From contig OX597827.1 of the NCBI GenBank assembly GCA_951406725.2, positions 84,320,001-84,384,000 on the forward strand: DNA of 64,000 nt, written 5' to 3'. The DNA is from Octopus vulgaris. Taxonomy: Eukaryota. This document shows, in pieces, positions 37,746 through 52,346 of the stretch (position 1 is its first letter; every line of letters starts with the position of its first letter). The notes under the pieces are model-generated. The model ran no database searches, was not told where the DNA came from, and worked only from the letters and a program-made list of their open reading frames with translations. Position numbers and translations under genes: made by a program.

Positions 37746-39150
37746 GTGTGTGCGTGTGTGTGTGTTTGTACCAACCAAACCAGTCAAATAATTCCCCAAT
37801 TTCATTCTCCTCCTCTTTTTTTTGCCAGATCAAATAATTCCATAATTTATTCAGATTTTATTGTCTTCGACTGATTATCACATTTAATAGGAGGGGGGGG
37901 AGGGTGCGGTGATTATTGCAGGATTGCGTGGGTGGATCGTGAGGTGTGATTGTGTGTGTACGCTTATGTGGTGTGTGTGTATGTGTGTGTGTGTGGGAGA
38001 TGTGTGTGTGTAAGTACTTTGGCCATCTCAGAATGCATGACGTCATATCGAATTAACGAGAGAGCGCTTATGTGGACGATTCACATGCTAGAAATTGCAG
38101 CTAAATTCCGGTCAAATAGCAACATACTGTCATTTGAAATGAAAGAACATAAAAATAATGTACAGTTATTTTTATATATAGTTATATATGCACACGAGAT
38201 GGTCACATCTGGAGTGGTTTTTAATTATGTATGCTTGTTTAGAGTTATCCTCGAGTTAAACAACGACTACAGATGTTATCAAAAAAGTCGAATCTACTTT
38301 CAGATCGTTTTGGCTTTTCTTCAATTTTCTTTTACCTTCACCCTCTAAAACAGCCTTAGATCACTCTCACCCATCTCTCTCTCTACTTCACTCTCTCTCT
38401 TTCTTCACTCTCTTTCTCTCTTTACTTCACTCTCTCTTACTCTCTCTACTTCTCTCTCTCTCTCTCTCTACTTCTCTCTCTCTCTACTTCACTCTCTCTC
38501 TCTCTTTATTGCTCTCTCACTATTCCATCTTCCCCCTCTGTCTACCCTGCCTTTTGTTTTATCACTCTTCCCTCCCTTTTTCTCCTTTAGTTGCTCTCCC
38601 TCATCCACTCCTTTCCCCTATATTTCTTTCTCTCCCTGTCTACCTCTTCTCCATGAAGTCCAACAAAGCTCCTCACTCGCCTGCCTACCTCTCTCCCTCT
38701 CACTCATTCCCCATTTGTCCCTCTAACTCCCTCCCTTTATCTATCTGGTGGTCCACTGTCTTCCCTCTCTCCTTCTTACACCCCAAACAACAGACAAACC
38801 ATGCACTCAACCATCAAAATAATCAACAGTAAGAATAAAATAAAATAAAATAAAACAGCAAAAACATAACAAAAACCAAATTTGAAAACAAATAAAGAGA
38901 AAATGGTCGAATCAGATATTTTATGTTTGTGTAGAAAATGTCTGCCGTTTCTCGGAAGTGAGGCTGATCACATGACAGAGCTTTAATTACTCCCTTGGCA
39001 GACATTTTGGATCAACTGAAAACCCTCTAATTACTTCGCTTTCACATTATAGGAGGTGAAGGAGGTAAAGAGAGGATGGCAGGGGAGGAAACCACTTAGT
39101 CGATATATGTATATAAGAATATATACATAGGAGTATATACACATATATAT

Positions 39151-39338
39151 TCTTTTATTCATTTCAGTCATTTGATTGCGGCCATGATGGAGCACCGCAT
39201 TTAGTCGAATAAATCGACCCCAGAACTTATTCTTTGTAAGCCTAATAGTTATTCTATCGGTCTCTTTTGCCGAACCGCTAAGTTAGGGAGAGATAAGCAC
39301 ACCACCATCGGTTGTCAAGCGATGGTGGGGGACAAACA

Positions 39339-39378
<40 letters not shown>

Positions 39379-39515
39379 CGACGAGCTTCTTTCAGTTTCC
39401 GTCTACCAAATCCACTCACAAGGCTTTGGTCGGCCCAAGGCTATAGTAGAAGACGCTTGCCCAAGATGCCACGCAGTGAGACTGAACCCGGAACCATGTA
39501 GTTGGTAAGCAAGCT
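39151..39515 (-). mobile_element. Near full-length SINE family A
   Basis: Reverse complement of 51664-52062: tRNA-like head, ccttgggcaag CORE-like block, internal (CA)n, tail ggtgctcca.catggccgca.tc.aatgactgaaa. Confidence 0.9.
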
Positions 39516-39654
39516 ATGTGTATATGTATGTGTGTGTGTGCTTGTATAATATCGAAACGTTGTGTAGATGTTATCTGTAATTCTATATACAAGCAAGCAA
39601 AGGTGTTCGAACGAGAATTGCAAGTGCGAATGTGTGTTGTGTGTGTGTATGTGT

Positions 39655-39713
<59 letters not shown>

Positions 39714-40321
39714 GCACATGCATACATCCCGCTATTTCAACATGCATCTACAAATTGTATCAAACAGACAACAGTATCATGCAGACACAACACATGTATC
39801 CTACGCCCATAGAGTTATATCTAAGGCATGACCATGTCCCAGTTTATCCTGTTTATTAAGATATTTGTTGATATTTCTTCTAATCCTTTATATGTTACGT
39901 GTTTGAATCAAGAGTCTTTTTAAAACTATTCGTCCATTTATGTTTCACGATATTCCTGATTTCATGGTCAGGGTGAAGTGATGCTAATAACGAGGTAATG
40001 TTCATACACATTGCTATAAGCTGCAAAAGATTATGAGATAAGCTATTATTATCGTATCTTCATTGTGAGGATATGGCCGGGGTGCAAGACCGTGAAATAC
40101 AAATGGATTTAGAGGGGCCATTGTTTGAAACTAGACATCAAGGACTCAGACAAGGATCTGAACGAATACTTAATAAGGACGATACCGTTCGAATTTAATA
40201 AATGAAAATATACAATGCGAACACTTGTATCTTTGTTATAACATGTTTGAAAGAACAGCTGTACACATACGTTCATATACATACATACATACATACATAC
40301 ATACATACATACATACATACA

Positions 40322-40693
40322 TTATTATGGCTGCCCCCTCGTTATCGAGTATGGTCATTGCACGAAGCTTAACTGTTACTGGTGCTGTGATCGAATGTGA
40401 CTTTTTAGCCCAGCTAAAGATCTACAATGTATTGTACAAAATTGGCAACTGAAACCTTTACCGGTCATAGCCGGCTGTAGTTGTAACTGGGCTTCATGTA
40501 CCTTTGCATGTCGTTTAAGTCCTCCTGCCGAATTACACTCTCTTCCACATGCCCGACAGATATGATTAGTATGGTGTGTTACACCACCACCAGTGGCCAG
40601 GCTGTCACTCATCTGTCTCGTTTTATGACACATGGGAAGGCATAGCTATTGATCGTAGCAGGTGGAGAAGGATTGTGCATGAGGGGACAGCCA
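40322..40693 (-). mobile_element. RTE-clade LINE 3' end with two C2H2 fingers and an inverted 5' segment
   Basis: Minus strand: HICRACGRECNSAGGLKRHAKVH...FSCQFCTIHCRSLAGLKSHIRSQH*, a short 3' UTR and a (TAA)n tail. Plus strand 40624-40693: YDTWEGIAIDRSRWRRIVHEGTA (RTE WExxAxDRxxWR motif). Confidence 0.85.
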
Positions 40694-41156
40694 CATACAT
40701 ACATACATACATACATACATACATACATACATACATACATACATACATACATACATACATACATACATACATACATACATACATACATACATACATACAT
40801 ACATACATGTGTGTGTGGGTGATTAAATTATATGCATATATATCCGTATACACAGAGAACAGGGGGATATTTGAGGACATTTAATTATCAATATTATCAT
40901 TCACTTCAAATCAAAAAGATTTTATTTCTTTCAGACCTCCACATCAACACCTCCACACACACACACACACACACGCACACACACATGGGAGATAAAATAA
41001 CAACATAAGAAAAAAAAATATGCAGTCATTGTTGCCTTATATGCGGAAGAAAACAATTTAGAAATTGCCAACTTTTAAACTGTTGCAAGACTTTTTCTAC
41101 ACAAAGTTCGAATGAAATTGGAAGCCTGTGGCATAAAGGTTTGAATTGTATCGAAG

Positions 41157-41207
<51 letters not shown>

Positions 41208-41229
41208 TCTATACGTTTGGCGACTCTAA

Positions 41230-41992
41230 GGACATACAGACATTATCGATGATGATAGAGGGAAATGGATGAGGGTCTTCACCAAAGAACTGCAGGTGTC
41301 AGTGGACAGTCAAGACTGTGGTGCAGCAGGGCGTTCGATACAAGTCGTATGTCCTGAGAAGAGGCCAATTCATGTCTGCAAAGACAGTAAAACCATTTGA
41401 TCAGTGCCATACATTCATACTTTAGTTGTTCTCTGAGAAAAGCTTCGACAAAGACCTAAACTCTAACACAAACGACAGATGGTTTTGCCCTCAAAGTAAT
41501 GCACAGCCAAATTTCCAGCAACAGTGATAGTTTCAAGAGTAATGAAGGTCATGCCATGTCTTAGAATTAATGCTTCTGGGTACACAGAGGCTCTGGAAAC
41601 AGTTGAATGAAATATGCAGTGGAAGGTCATGGGTTGTTTCAATAAGACTTAGCACTTTTTCCGAAAGCCAACGTAACTCAAGAATAATGGTTTCGAAACT
41701 CACCAGATTTAAATCCTGTGGATATTGGGAGCATCGATGAAAGGCGGAGACTAGTCGACATCCTCATAGTGCCATAGCTGCCCTGGAAGCCGCCATTGTC
41801 TGGTGATGTCAGAAATGAATAAGAACCATTTAGGGAAGGAATATCAACGATTCCGGTCTCGCATTCAAATAGTCATCCAAACTGAAAGCAAATTCATAGA
41901 ATAGTCTAAGTTTATAGAGAACAGGTGTACAATTTTTTAATGGTATTTTATTAAATCATCTAATATGTCCTCAATTACCTCTCGCATCCAGT
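41230..41992 (+). mobile_element. Old maT/DD37D-like Tc1/mariner remnant
   Basis: SEKSFDKD..NDRW, KFPATV, LRINASGYTEALETV, SPDLNPVD and FRSRIQIVIQTESKFIE*, ending in TIR-like caattacctctcgcatccagtg. Confidence 0.8.
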
Positions 41993-42023
41993 GTGTGTGT
42001 GTGTGTATAAAAGTGTGTGTATA

Positions 42024-42067
<44 letters not shown>

Positions 42068-42668
42068 TTTACATATACGTGTGTATATCTGTCTGCTTGC
42101 CTATCTATCTGTCTGTCTGTGTACAAATATAAACACACGCACCCCAAGAAAACCTAGTGGTGTATAACAGATCGGAAATCTGTAGTTGAGCAAAATAAAC
42201 GACTCAATAAAACAGCGACACAAGTTTAAATAAAAAAAAAAAGACCATGACAACTGAAATCCCACCAGAGAAGGAACAGGTTAGAAAATATGTGTGTGTG
42301 TGTGGGGTGGGGGTGGGTGGGGAATGTTTACTAGGGGTGCATGGCGAAGTTTGTGAGTTTCGCAAAGTCTCTATGCCGTAGGTAGATGAGGAAACTGATG
42401 TTCCTGTGTCGTGCTTTGGTCTGAGAGAAAGGGAGAAGAGTTTCTCCGTCACTCACTCCCATCTCAATCCCCCCTCCTCTCTCACTGTCAGACGAAATAA
42501 CAAAGCTAAAATGTCAAATGTCTCACCCACATAAATTCTCCAATCTCACCATCTTCGTAAAATATTTTAAAATTCACCACCAGTACCTTCCACAGAATCT
42601 GTTCTTTACACACACACACACACACACTCACTCACTCACTCACTCACACACACACTCACTCACACTCA

Positions 42669-42755
<87 letters not shown>

Positions 42756-43129
42756 CGGATATATCAGGTATGTTAAAACAGCGACGCTAAAACTGTAAAC
42801 ACCTGATCTTATAACTTTTACACTGTGAAAAATAATCCGATGTAAATATATTTTGTTATTCTCTTCGGGCAAAAAAGTAAGGTCATTAACCCGAAATATT
42901 TCGTTACCGTTTTACTATTCTTCACCTTGTAAGTGTTGTAAATTGTAAGTTAACGACGTTAAATTTATCTTCCATATTGTCATAAACGCTGTTTGGGTAT
43001 AACATCTTCATTATTTAATCGCACCCCCAACTAACGCACGGTATGCAAAATAGAATAGAAATTTCACTCGGGGCCTTTTCGTTTCGAGTCATCGACATGC
43101 TTTGTATAAGTTTTGCAGGGATTATATGG

Positions 43130-43440
43130 GTGACAGGGAGGTTAGGAAATGTAAGTATAGCAGATGCTTTTTGATGGAACAGACAGAGGCAGGAAGATTT
43201 AGTTAATATGGCAGACGAAAGAATTGTAAGGCTCCTGTTTTATGGGAGACAATGTTCTGAGGAAAAGGGTGTCTTCCAAACCGAAGGGAAGATACACAGA
43301 CTGTCTTAAATCTGACTTGAAAGTTGTTAATATTCCTGCAGAAAATTGGTAAACTATTAATAAAGTATCACAGAGAAAACTTACCGAATGTGTCTCGAAA
43401 ATTTGAAGCGAGTCGCATTAAATGCACAAAACAAGAAACA
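43130..43440 (+). mobile_element. Decayed RTE LINE C-terminal fragment
   Basis: LVNMADERIVRLLFYG...KPKGRYTDCLKSDLK resembles GHVxRMxDxRxPKxLLYG...GRPxxRxxDxxKxxLK. Confidence 0.6.
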
Positions 43441-43802
43441 AGGCAATAAAACCCCAAATCAAGAATCCCTTTAAATATCTAACTTGTAACTGAGTTTCTC
43501 CTGATCTTGTTAGGTGTTGTTAATCAAGAATTCTTGAATCAAGGTAAAACATCTTCACCACTCTAAGAAAGTGTCAGAGGTATCAAAAATGTCGTCTGTC
43601 TGTTTTGATAGTCCGAAGGGACACGTGACTGTCCATAATGTCAAATATCATGATCCTGCGTGGCATTTGACTGAGAGGAGACATTTACAGGATAATTGAG
43701 TAAAGAACAACAAATCATTAGCTAAAATGGGAACTTCGCTTTGCAGTTCAATAACAAGAAATGGTCATACTGAAAGTTGAATCAACTTCCATCGTGTGTG
43801 TG

Positions 43803-43861
<59 letters not shown>

Positions 43862-44302
43862 ACGAAGGTGTATTTGCCTGTATCCATTTGTTGATTCTGT
43901 CTCAGCTTTTTCACATTCTTCTCTAGACTTGCGGAATGGCCTCAGTAAATTCTAGAATGCTTACCACCAGCAACTTGCGATCCAACACCTCAATAGAATA
44001 AGGGTGGCTAACTATAAATCTTCCCGAGATGGCATTATAAAGTTTTATCGGACGGAAGCTTCGAAGTGGTCTTCGTTTCGTACAACGCTGGTACATTGCA
44101 TAACGTTGTCATAGATACGCGGTAACCAAAAAGAAATAAAATACAGGATGGTCACAGCGGGAATGTCTTTTTATCATAAGTTGACTTGATAAAAGCTGAC
44201 CTGGGGCTAAACAACAACAACAAGCTAACGACAGCCATATTGTTATCAAATTTCTATATTGTCTGGCTGTCATTCAGAAAAGTCAATTATTCAGTGCGCG
44301 CG

Positions 44303-44359
<57 letters not shown>

Positions 44360-45109
44360 GCACACACACATTCTGGATTGCTGCTGTCAAGGCGTTCCCT
44401 GATCAGTGTATAATGAGTTCAGGAAGAAAACGGCGTGTATATCGGTGTGTGTATAGAAGTGTATGCGTTTATACACGTGTATATGTATACAGGTGTATGC
44501 ATGTATATAAGTGTATGTGTGTATATCGAAGTATACAGGTGTATGTATGTATAAAGCTGTATACAATGATAATAACTGGAAGATTGGAGTTTTACCAGAA
44601 ACATTTTCCTAGAGCCAAACTAATAACGTGACAATGACTGAAGCCAAGAGATTGGGTGGTGGTGGTGGTGGTGGTGGTGGTGGTGGTGGTGATGGTGGTG
44701 GTGGTGGTGACGGTGGTGGTGGTGTTGGTTGTAAAATGTAGAAATAACATCAGTTCAATGATTGCTACTAATGTATCGATAAAGTTGTCAGAAGTGTGCC
44801 ACTCCATATATTTAATTCATTAGCAACATCACAAGCTGCCCAGTATTGCAATATCTGTTATTTCTGCTCATTAGTCTCTTGTGATTTCACGTAGACTACG
44901 GTGGCGGCGGTGGTGGCAGTGGTGGATGTTGGCGAATGGTGACGGAGGGTAACGGATTGTGGCGGAGGGTGACGGGTTTTGGCGAGTACCTCGTTAATCA
45001 AACACAACGAAATGCTGTAAAAAGAGTTTATTCCATATCTGTGGTGTATTGTCAGGTATTTATGTAATCTTCTGTACTGCGAGTCCATAGCCAGTAGTGT
45101 TCTACTGTT

Positions 45110-45425
45110 GTTGGCTGGCCATGCTGGGGCACCCCTTCAGGGTTTTGCTGATCATATCAACTCCATTACATATTTCAGTGTGGTAGTTTTTATCGATTTC
45201 TCTTGGACGGTTAACGCAAAGGGGCGTAACAGGTATACCTACACACGTGCATACCCATTCCCACCCGTGTCCACCTCAGTAGAACGGGCTTCGGCAGTTT
45301 CAGCCAACCAAAATCTGCATTATTGAAGTCGAGGTTACAGTATAAAAAAAACTTGCCGAAGGGGTGAGGTAAGGGAATCGAATTTGGAACTACGCGGTTC
45401 CAAAGTGAACCTCTCAACCACAAAA
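45110..45425 (-). mobile_element. Diverged SINE family A copy
   Basis: tggccatgctggggcacc tail; aaacttgcc.aagg...gggaatcgaa...ctcaaccaca head. Confidence 0.65.
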
Positions 45426-47163
45426 TTGTGCAGAGGCCTGCATTAAAGCCTAGGAATCTGGCGAAAAGCATTGCTACATTTGTCTTGGAAATGACAAATG
45501 TAGAAGCTGTTGTCTGCCAACAAATAAAAGTGACCACAGATAAAATGGTGGTCGATACTCCTGAAATGTCCTCTTTATCTGTTCTCCTGAAATACGTTCC
45601 CTCATCTCCCCCCCATTATTTACAGCGAAGCACTGTAATATCTATGCTGTTCGTTCGACTGCTTCTTCCCCCTAAAAATCAGACGACAGTGATATACAGC
45701 GTAGTTTGTGCGGAGCAATTTTTCTGCACGAAAAGTTGTGTCCTTGAGCAAGTTCTTCTTTACCATTGGTCCACTCAGCTGAAAATGAGTTCCAGTAACA
45801 GACGGGGATTACACTTGCCACTAACTGGGGTCCCGTTCAGAGCGAGTTTTGTAGTCTTAGTCGCTTTGACCCCATCGAAACAAGGATAAACTCCTGCTTA
45901 AACTTTAAACGCTTAAACCTCTGTTTTCTCTGGTAGAAATATTTCTGTGTCTTGTCAAAACCCCTGCCATATATCCCCATCTCCTCGTCCCTTGCTGTTA
46001 CGTCTAAACAACGGTGGTTTCAACTAAGTCTGTGTCATTGTCCCAGAAATTACAATTTCCCCCTTTTTCTCCTGTAATCGATTTAACACTGAGATTATTC
46101 TGAGTTCAGGGCAAGGGAACTGTGATATCTGAATACATTAGCCCATCTGATTGGTGTGGAGCCAGCCACCAACCTTCTTCAGTCTCAGGCCAACAAATCT
46201 ACCATTGTGTCCTCTCCTTCCCCCTTGAACTACCACTACTATGTTGGCCACTGCTCCTCCGATCTCCTCCAGATCACTCTTTCCTTCTCCCTCCACCCTT
46301 CTTCTCCCTCCACCCTTTCGGCTTGCATTTCACCCACTCCTCTCTCCCAAGATCCACTTCTCTCTGGAAATTCTTTTTCTCTCAACTCACAGGTCTCCAA
46401 CAGAAACAACAGCAATCACTACGTCACCCTCTTCGAAGCTTGACATCACCGCATCCCCCCACCTCACTTCACTCCACATCAGCCCACCCCAACCTAACTT
46501 ACCCCACTTCATTAAGTAGCTCTTCATTGTCACAGCCACAAACTTACAAACATTTCGGCGCCAATGGCAATTGTCGCTATCACGTGATCAGATTAAAGGA
46601 AGTGCTGCTGTCTCCTGGCCGCTGTTGAAAAATGATGCGTGGTGCCATCTTCTGGCCAGAAGATTAATTAGAATGAAACGAGACTTTTGCCTGCTTCCGA
46701 GATCATGCAGACATTATCAGAGGATCTCATATGAGTAGAGGAGTCGGAGGGGGTGCGGTGGGGAAGGTCGATTATCATAATGTTTGCTTTTACTGTGGTG
46801 GGGGTGGGGTTACGTGTGGGGGTATGGGGGTGTGATAAGTTGAGACAGTAAATGGTCAGTCAGTGGCTAAATGAAGAGACAGATGGTCAGATGGATGACA
46901 GATTTGGCGGGAAAAGAGTGCAACAGAAGCAATAAAGGACGAGGATTTAATCGCCTCTTTTCCATTCAGAAGATTGTGTGCGTGCGCGTGTGTGTGTGTG
47001 TGCGTGTGTGTGTGTGCGTGTGCATACACACACATGCGCACACACATAAACACATACACGCGAATGTATATGTACGTACAGGAACGCGAACATTATACGC
47101 GCACATTTACATACACGTGTGTATATCTATCTATCTGTCTGTCTGTCCCTCTACTTATCTATC

Positions 47164-47835
47164 TACAAGGTGTTTTCAAAAATTATCCAACTTTATTTTT
47201 TCCCGCCAAAATTAATGCCTCCTGACAGAATCCTTTGGGTGGGAAGTGACACCTCTCTTCTTGCGCATGCGTGAAAATTTTCTTGCCGTCAGGCTGCGTC
47301 TGTTCCCGGCTGTTATGCCGAGAGTATAGACGTGTAGTGCGCGCTCGTTAGATTCTCCTTTTCACGCAAGACGACCGGACGCGTTGAGCAGAGATGTTGC
47401 ATTTAGTTTTGTCAAAAGCTTTGGTGATACTCAAGCTGAAAACGTCCAGAAGATCCAGCAAGCCTTTGGCGACGATGCTATGGCCAAAAACACAGAACAA
47501 GGGGTGGTACAACATGGTCGCACCTCAATGCAGGGCGAAGCACGCTCAAGCTGGCCACCCACAAGCCGAAACGGGGAGCTGATTGAGACGAGATCATCAC
47601 TGTGATGAGACCTGGGTTGATGGTCTCTGCTCGATGCGTTCGGTCATCTTGCGTGGAAACGAATATCCGACGAGCACGCACCATTACGTCTGTAGTCTAG
47701 GCATAACAGCCGCGAACTGATGTTTCACGCATGCACAGAGAGAAGAACGTCACCTCCCGCCAAAAGGATTTTGTCCACGCGGCGTTAGATTTGGCGGGAA
47801 AAAATAAGGGAAGGATACTTTTTGAACTCGTCTCT
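47164..47835 (+). mobile_element. Internally deleted mariner with both TIRs
   Basis: Left TIR ttcaaaaattatccaactttattttttcccgccaaa pairs with right TIR tttggcgggaaaaaataagggaaggatactttttgaa. The interior encodes Mos1-type HTH remnants (EQRCCI*FCQK..GDTQAENVQKIQQAFGDDAM). Confidence 0.85.
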
Positions 47836-47879
47836 ATCTCACTCTCTCTCTCTCCCTATCTATCTCACTCTCTCTCTCC

Positions 47880-47957
<78 letters not shown>

Positions 47958-49263
47958 GTCTATCTATCTATCTACCAGAAGGAGGGAGAGGGGAGAGAGA
48001 AGAGGAAAGCGAGATGCTAGATTTTCGGTAATAAATCCCTCGTTGGTTAACAAGAAGTCAGCCTATTTTATAGTTGATCTAGCCCCAATTTATTACTGGT
48101 ACCTGACCACATATATCTCGATTTTGCATGAATTAGTTTAGCAATTAGTTCACTAATTAAACTGTTCTTAATATATACTCACATTAATATACATTGCCCC
48201 ACGATGGTCATCTTTGGTAGTAGCTTGGGATGAGAATTGAAACAAAAGTCTTCAGTGTTATTTTCTGGAGATTCTGTCGGAAGTGTTTGATTAAAAGCGA
48301 GATTGAAGATTTTGAGTCGAGTGTGACCTCAAGGCTGAATTTGAGTGTGTATTCTGTGATGATGTGAGAGGAATTTCTTCTGTTATTACCGCGTAACTCG
48401 TGGTCTACCGTAATGGAGCTGACATGTGATCAAACGGAGTCCACTTATGACCGTCTCATTTATAAGATAGGGACAGTGTGTTTTGACTAAGATTTGGCAG
48501 CTATTTCCAGCATGTCAAGCAAGCATATAGTGATATAGTAGCCTCCTGGTTGTCTCATTAGTATTACTGGTATTTGTTGCACCAGTTACTTTTAAACTCG
48601 GAGATTTATAAAAAGACTTTGGAAGGCCATTATTGGGATCTTGATATTTACAATCTCCACAACCTGCCTTGGCACTTAAAATTAACTCAGCTCACCTCTC
48701 CTCTCCCTCCCACTCGCCTTCCAACCCCCTCCCTCTCTCTCTCTCTCTCTCTCTCCCCACTATATATATATATATATATATATAAACGCATACACACTTA
48801 CATGTACCATGTACGTGTATGTGTATATTTGTGCGTGTGTCTGCGTATTTATACGTCAGCGTTTCTACCAGTATACCTGTGTGTGTATGTGGAGAGACTA
48901 TGTAAATTTGAAGCTGCCCATTATTGATATTGTACATCTTGGAAGCCTTCGGGGGTTTAGCATATTCTTTCCTGACGCTGCACTCGTGACAGGCTTTAAT
49001 GCACAGAAAATAAATAAAACCGCAACGTTGCACTCGTGCAACTCGTGCGCCATTACAATTCACACAAGGAATGTGAATAGGGGTTTTTTCCCGCCATTCC
49101 ACAGTCAATGTCTGTGTGTCGACAGGAACATTCTTCATTTATTACTTTTTATACTAATATTTTTTATATACACTCTTCGTTTTTCTCACTTGCCTCTCTC
49201 TTTCTCTCTCACACACACATTCAGGCATTCACAAATACAGACATGCATACCTAGCTATCTATC

Positions 49264-49302
<39 letters not shown>

Positions 49303-50008
49303 CATGTAAAGGCGCGCATGTGTATGCACACATATCGCTCTATGTTTCTCTAATCCATACATACACACAGCCATACACACATGTCTGCGTTGTTTATGTG
49401 TGTGTGTGCGTGTATATATATATATACTCACACACACACACACACACACGCTCTTATTTATATAATCCAATTTTCTTGTCGCCAATCTGCGAATATCCAC
49501 CATCCCTGACACAATCCCATCTTTCACTCCCTCACCCCCAACACACCACCACGCAAGGGTTAATTTACCAAAGTAAGCTGATGGAATTCACATCGAACTG
49601 ACCTTCTTAGAAAATTCTTTTTGGCAGACGAATTCTTGGCCCGAGGCTGTGTTCAGATTGGTTGCTTCCTCGTCGCATTCGTTCTTGCAAACAAATGACC
49701 CGAGCGAAATATTCGCCAGGGATGTCACTCTGCTATTTTCAACATTGATTATCCACCGTTTCTCTAATGGAGTGGGTGTCAGGCCGCTGGGAACTCTTTG
49801 CTCTCACAATTCATCTTGCCTTTCTTCTTACTTTTCCTTCTTTTTTTTTTTATATATTTCCTTTTCTTTCATCCAAAAGAAAGATTCTTGGAGCGGTAGG
49901 AAAATATTGATGTTACGAAACTATGGCCTTAAAATGGAAATAGCTTTTAGCTATGGAAAATAACATTGTCTCTGTAAGTCTGTTGTGCTGTGCATCTGAG
50001 CGTGAACG

Positions 50009-50067
<59 letters not shown>

Positions 50068-50402
50068 GCGCGCGCGTGCGTGTTCATGTGCGTGTGCGTG
50101 TGCGCGCGCGGTGTGTTTGTTAATGATGTGTGTGTTTTTATAAGTAGTTGAATGTGAAACATTGCGTATGTCTATGTGTTAATGATGCGTGTGTTTTTGT
50201 GTAATTGAGTGTGAACGCTTGTACCTATGTGTGTGTGTATAATTGTATGTATGTGTATGGATGCATGTATATGACTGTGTTTGTTACTGTGTATGATTTA
50301 TTATTGTGTGTATATATACTGTATCAGCACGTGTATACTTTGCAGGTGCTTTTGTGTTTATTTAGATTTATGTTGTACAAACGCGCGCGCACGCACACAC
50401 AC

Positions 50403-50441
<39 letters not shown>

Positions 50442-50576
50442 GCATACATAAAAACATACATATGTACGTACATACATAAATATACACACGTTAATACATA
50501 CATAGCCGCTATCTACATAAATACACAAATACTTAGACGCACACATTATACAGTGTATACACATTATACACCGTTG

Positions 50577-50626
<50 letters not shown>

Positions 50627-51545
50627 ATTTACGGCTATTTTGGGCCTTTAAGAACTGCTTTGTAATCATTACAGAGTTGTTGTCCGGGCGTATATACACA
50701 CACTGAATATATTCAAATATACTCACAGCATGTGCTTATATATTTCCTGACATATTTAGTTTGCGTACACACACACACACACACACACACGTTAATGGAA
50801 TGAAATACACACACACACACACTATAACTGAGAAGGTGCCGATAGTGATTGAAAGCGATGATGATAACGTTGGTGACGATTACGATGATAATGATGCTGG
50901 AGATGAGCATGAGACGCTGGTGTGTATGGACACACGGACACACACACACACACAGACAGAGACACACACACACACACAGACACACTCAGACGCACACACA
51001 TACACACTTTGTTGCCTTGTTAATATATTGTACATCATAAATCTATAGCAACTCCGTCCCCTCCCCACAATGATCCATTTTGTGTGAAGCAAACTCACTG
51101 GACCCTTTCATTGTAACGACCCTTTTATTTTTCGGATATTGTTGTCCTCCCTCCCTCATTTGCCCGTGGGACTCCGAATTAAGGTGGGGGAAGGAAAATG
51201 GAACCTATTCATAACTTTCTTCATTGATTAACGACCAGACTGTTTTTAATTTTTTTCTCAAATTATGATTTTCTCTACAATTAATAGGGAGAGTTCCTTA
51301 CTCTCCGCTGCGCGGTCAGGTACTTCGCTTGACGGGCGCAAGCTGGCATGACTCAGTTGTTAAAATGTTTGCTTTGTAATCCGATTGTTCCAGGTTCGTA
51401 CCGACTGTGAGACACTTTAGGAAAATGCCTTCAACTGGAGCCTTATAGCACCGCTTCCTGTCAAGAAGTTGAGCTCTCTGTAGTTAAATACCCTACTTAG
51501 TTCAACTATAATTGCTACTGCTTAAGTTTACATAATCTTTTTACA

Positions 51546-51639
<94 letters not shown>

Positions 51640-51663
51640 ACATACATACATACATGCATGCAC

Positions 51664-52062
51664 AGGCGCGGTTGTGGAAGGAAGCCTGCTTCCCAAACAC
51701 ATGGTCCCGAGTTCAATGCCACTGCGTGCCACATTGAACAAGTATCTTCTACTATAACCTCGAGCCGACCAAAAGCCTTGAGTGGATTTGGTAGACGGAA
51801 ACTGAAAGAAGCACGTCGTGTATATGCGTGTGTGTGCGTGTTTGTTTGTGTGTGTGTGCGTGTGTGTTTCTTTGTATCTGTGTTTGTCTCCCACCACCGT
51901 TTAGCAACCGGTGTTGGTGTGTTTATGTCATCGTAACTTAACGGCTCGGCAAAAGAGACCGATAAAATAAGCACCAGGCTTTAAGAAAACAATAAGTACT
52001 GGGGTCGATTCATTTACCTAAAACTTCTTCAGGTCGGTGCCCCAGCATGACCGCAGTGTAAT
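51664..52062 (+). mobile_element. Full-length SINE family A
   Basis: tRNA-like head (gagttcaatgcc B box), CORE-like block, internal (GT)n, tail ggtgccccagcatgaccgcag. Confidence 0.9.
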
Positions 52063-52201
52063 GGAGTTATATTTAACTTGGCTCCGCTCTACATTTCTCT
52101 GTTTCAGACACCAGCATGAAGCGACATCTTCAGATGCACCGAGTCAGAGCTTATGAAACTGTTTTCTTTACGCAGGCGCACACGCTCTCCCTCTTTCCTT
52201 C

Positions 52202-52263
<62 letters not shown>

Positions 52264-52346
52264 TCATACACACACGTACATACACACATCCTTGTATAAA
52301 AAAATTACATGTTTACAAACCTTCCGCTCGAGCAGAATCATTATGA

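Noticed and set aside
40376-40633. Host C2H2 zinc-finger gene exon
   Set aside because: No TGEKP linkers; the adjacent RTE motif and short 3' UTR with (TAA)n tail mark it as a LINE C-terminus.
45428-46628. 153-aa and 168-aa ORFs
   Set aside because: No recognisable motifs; they overlap a diverged SINE and pyrimidine-rich low-complexity sequence.
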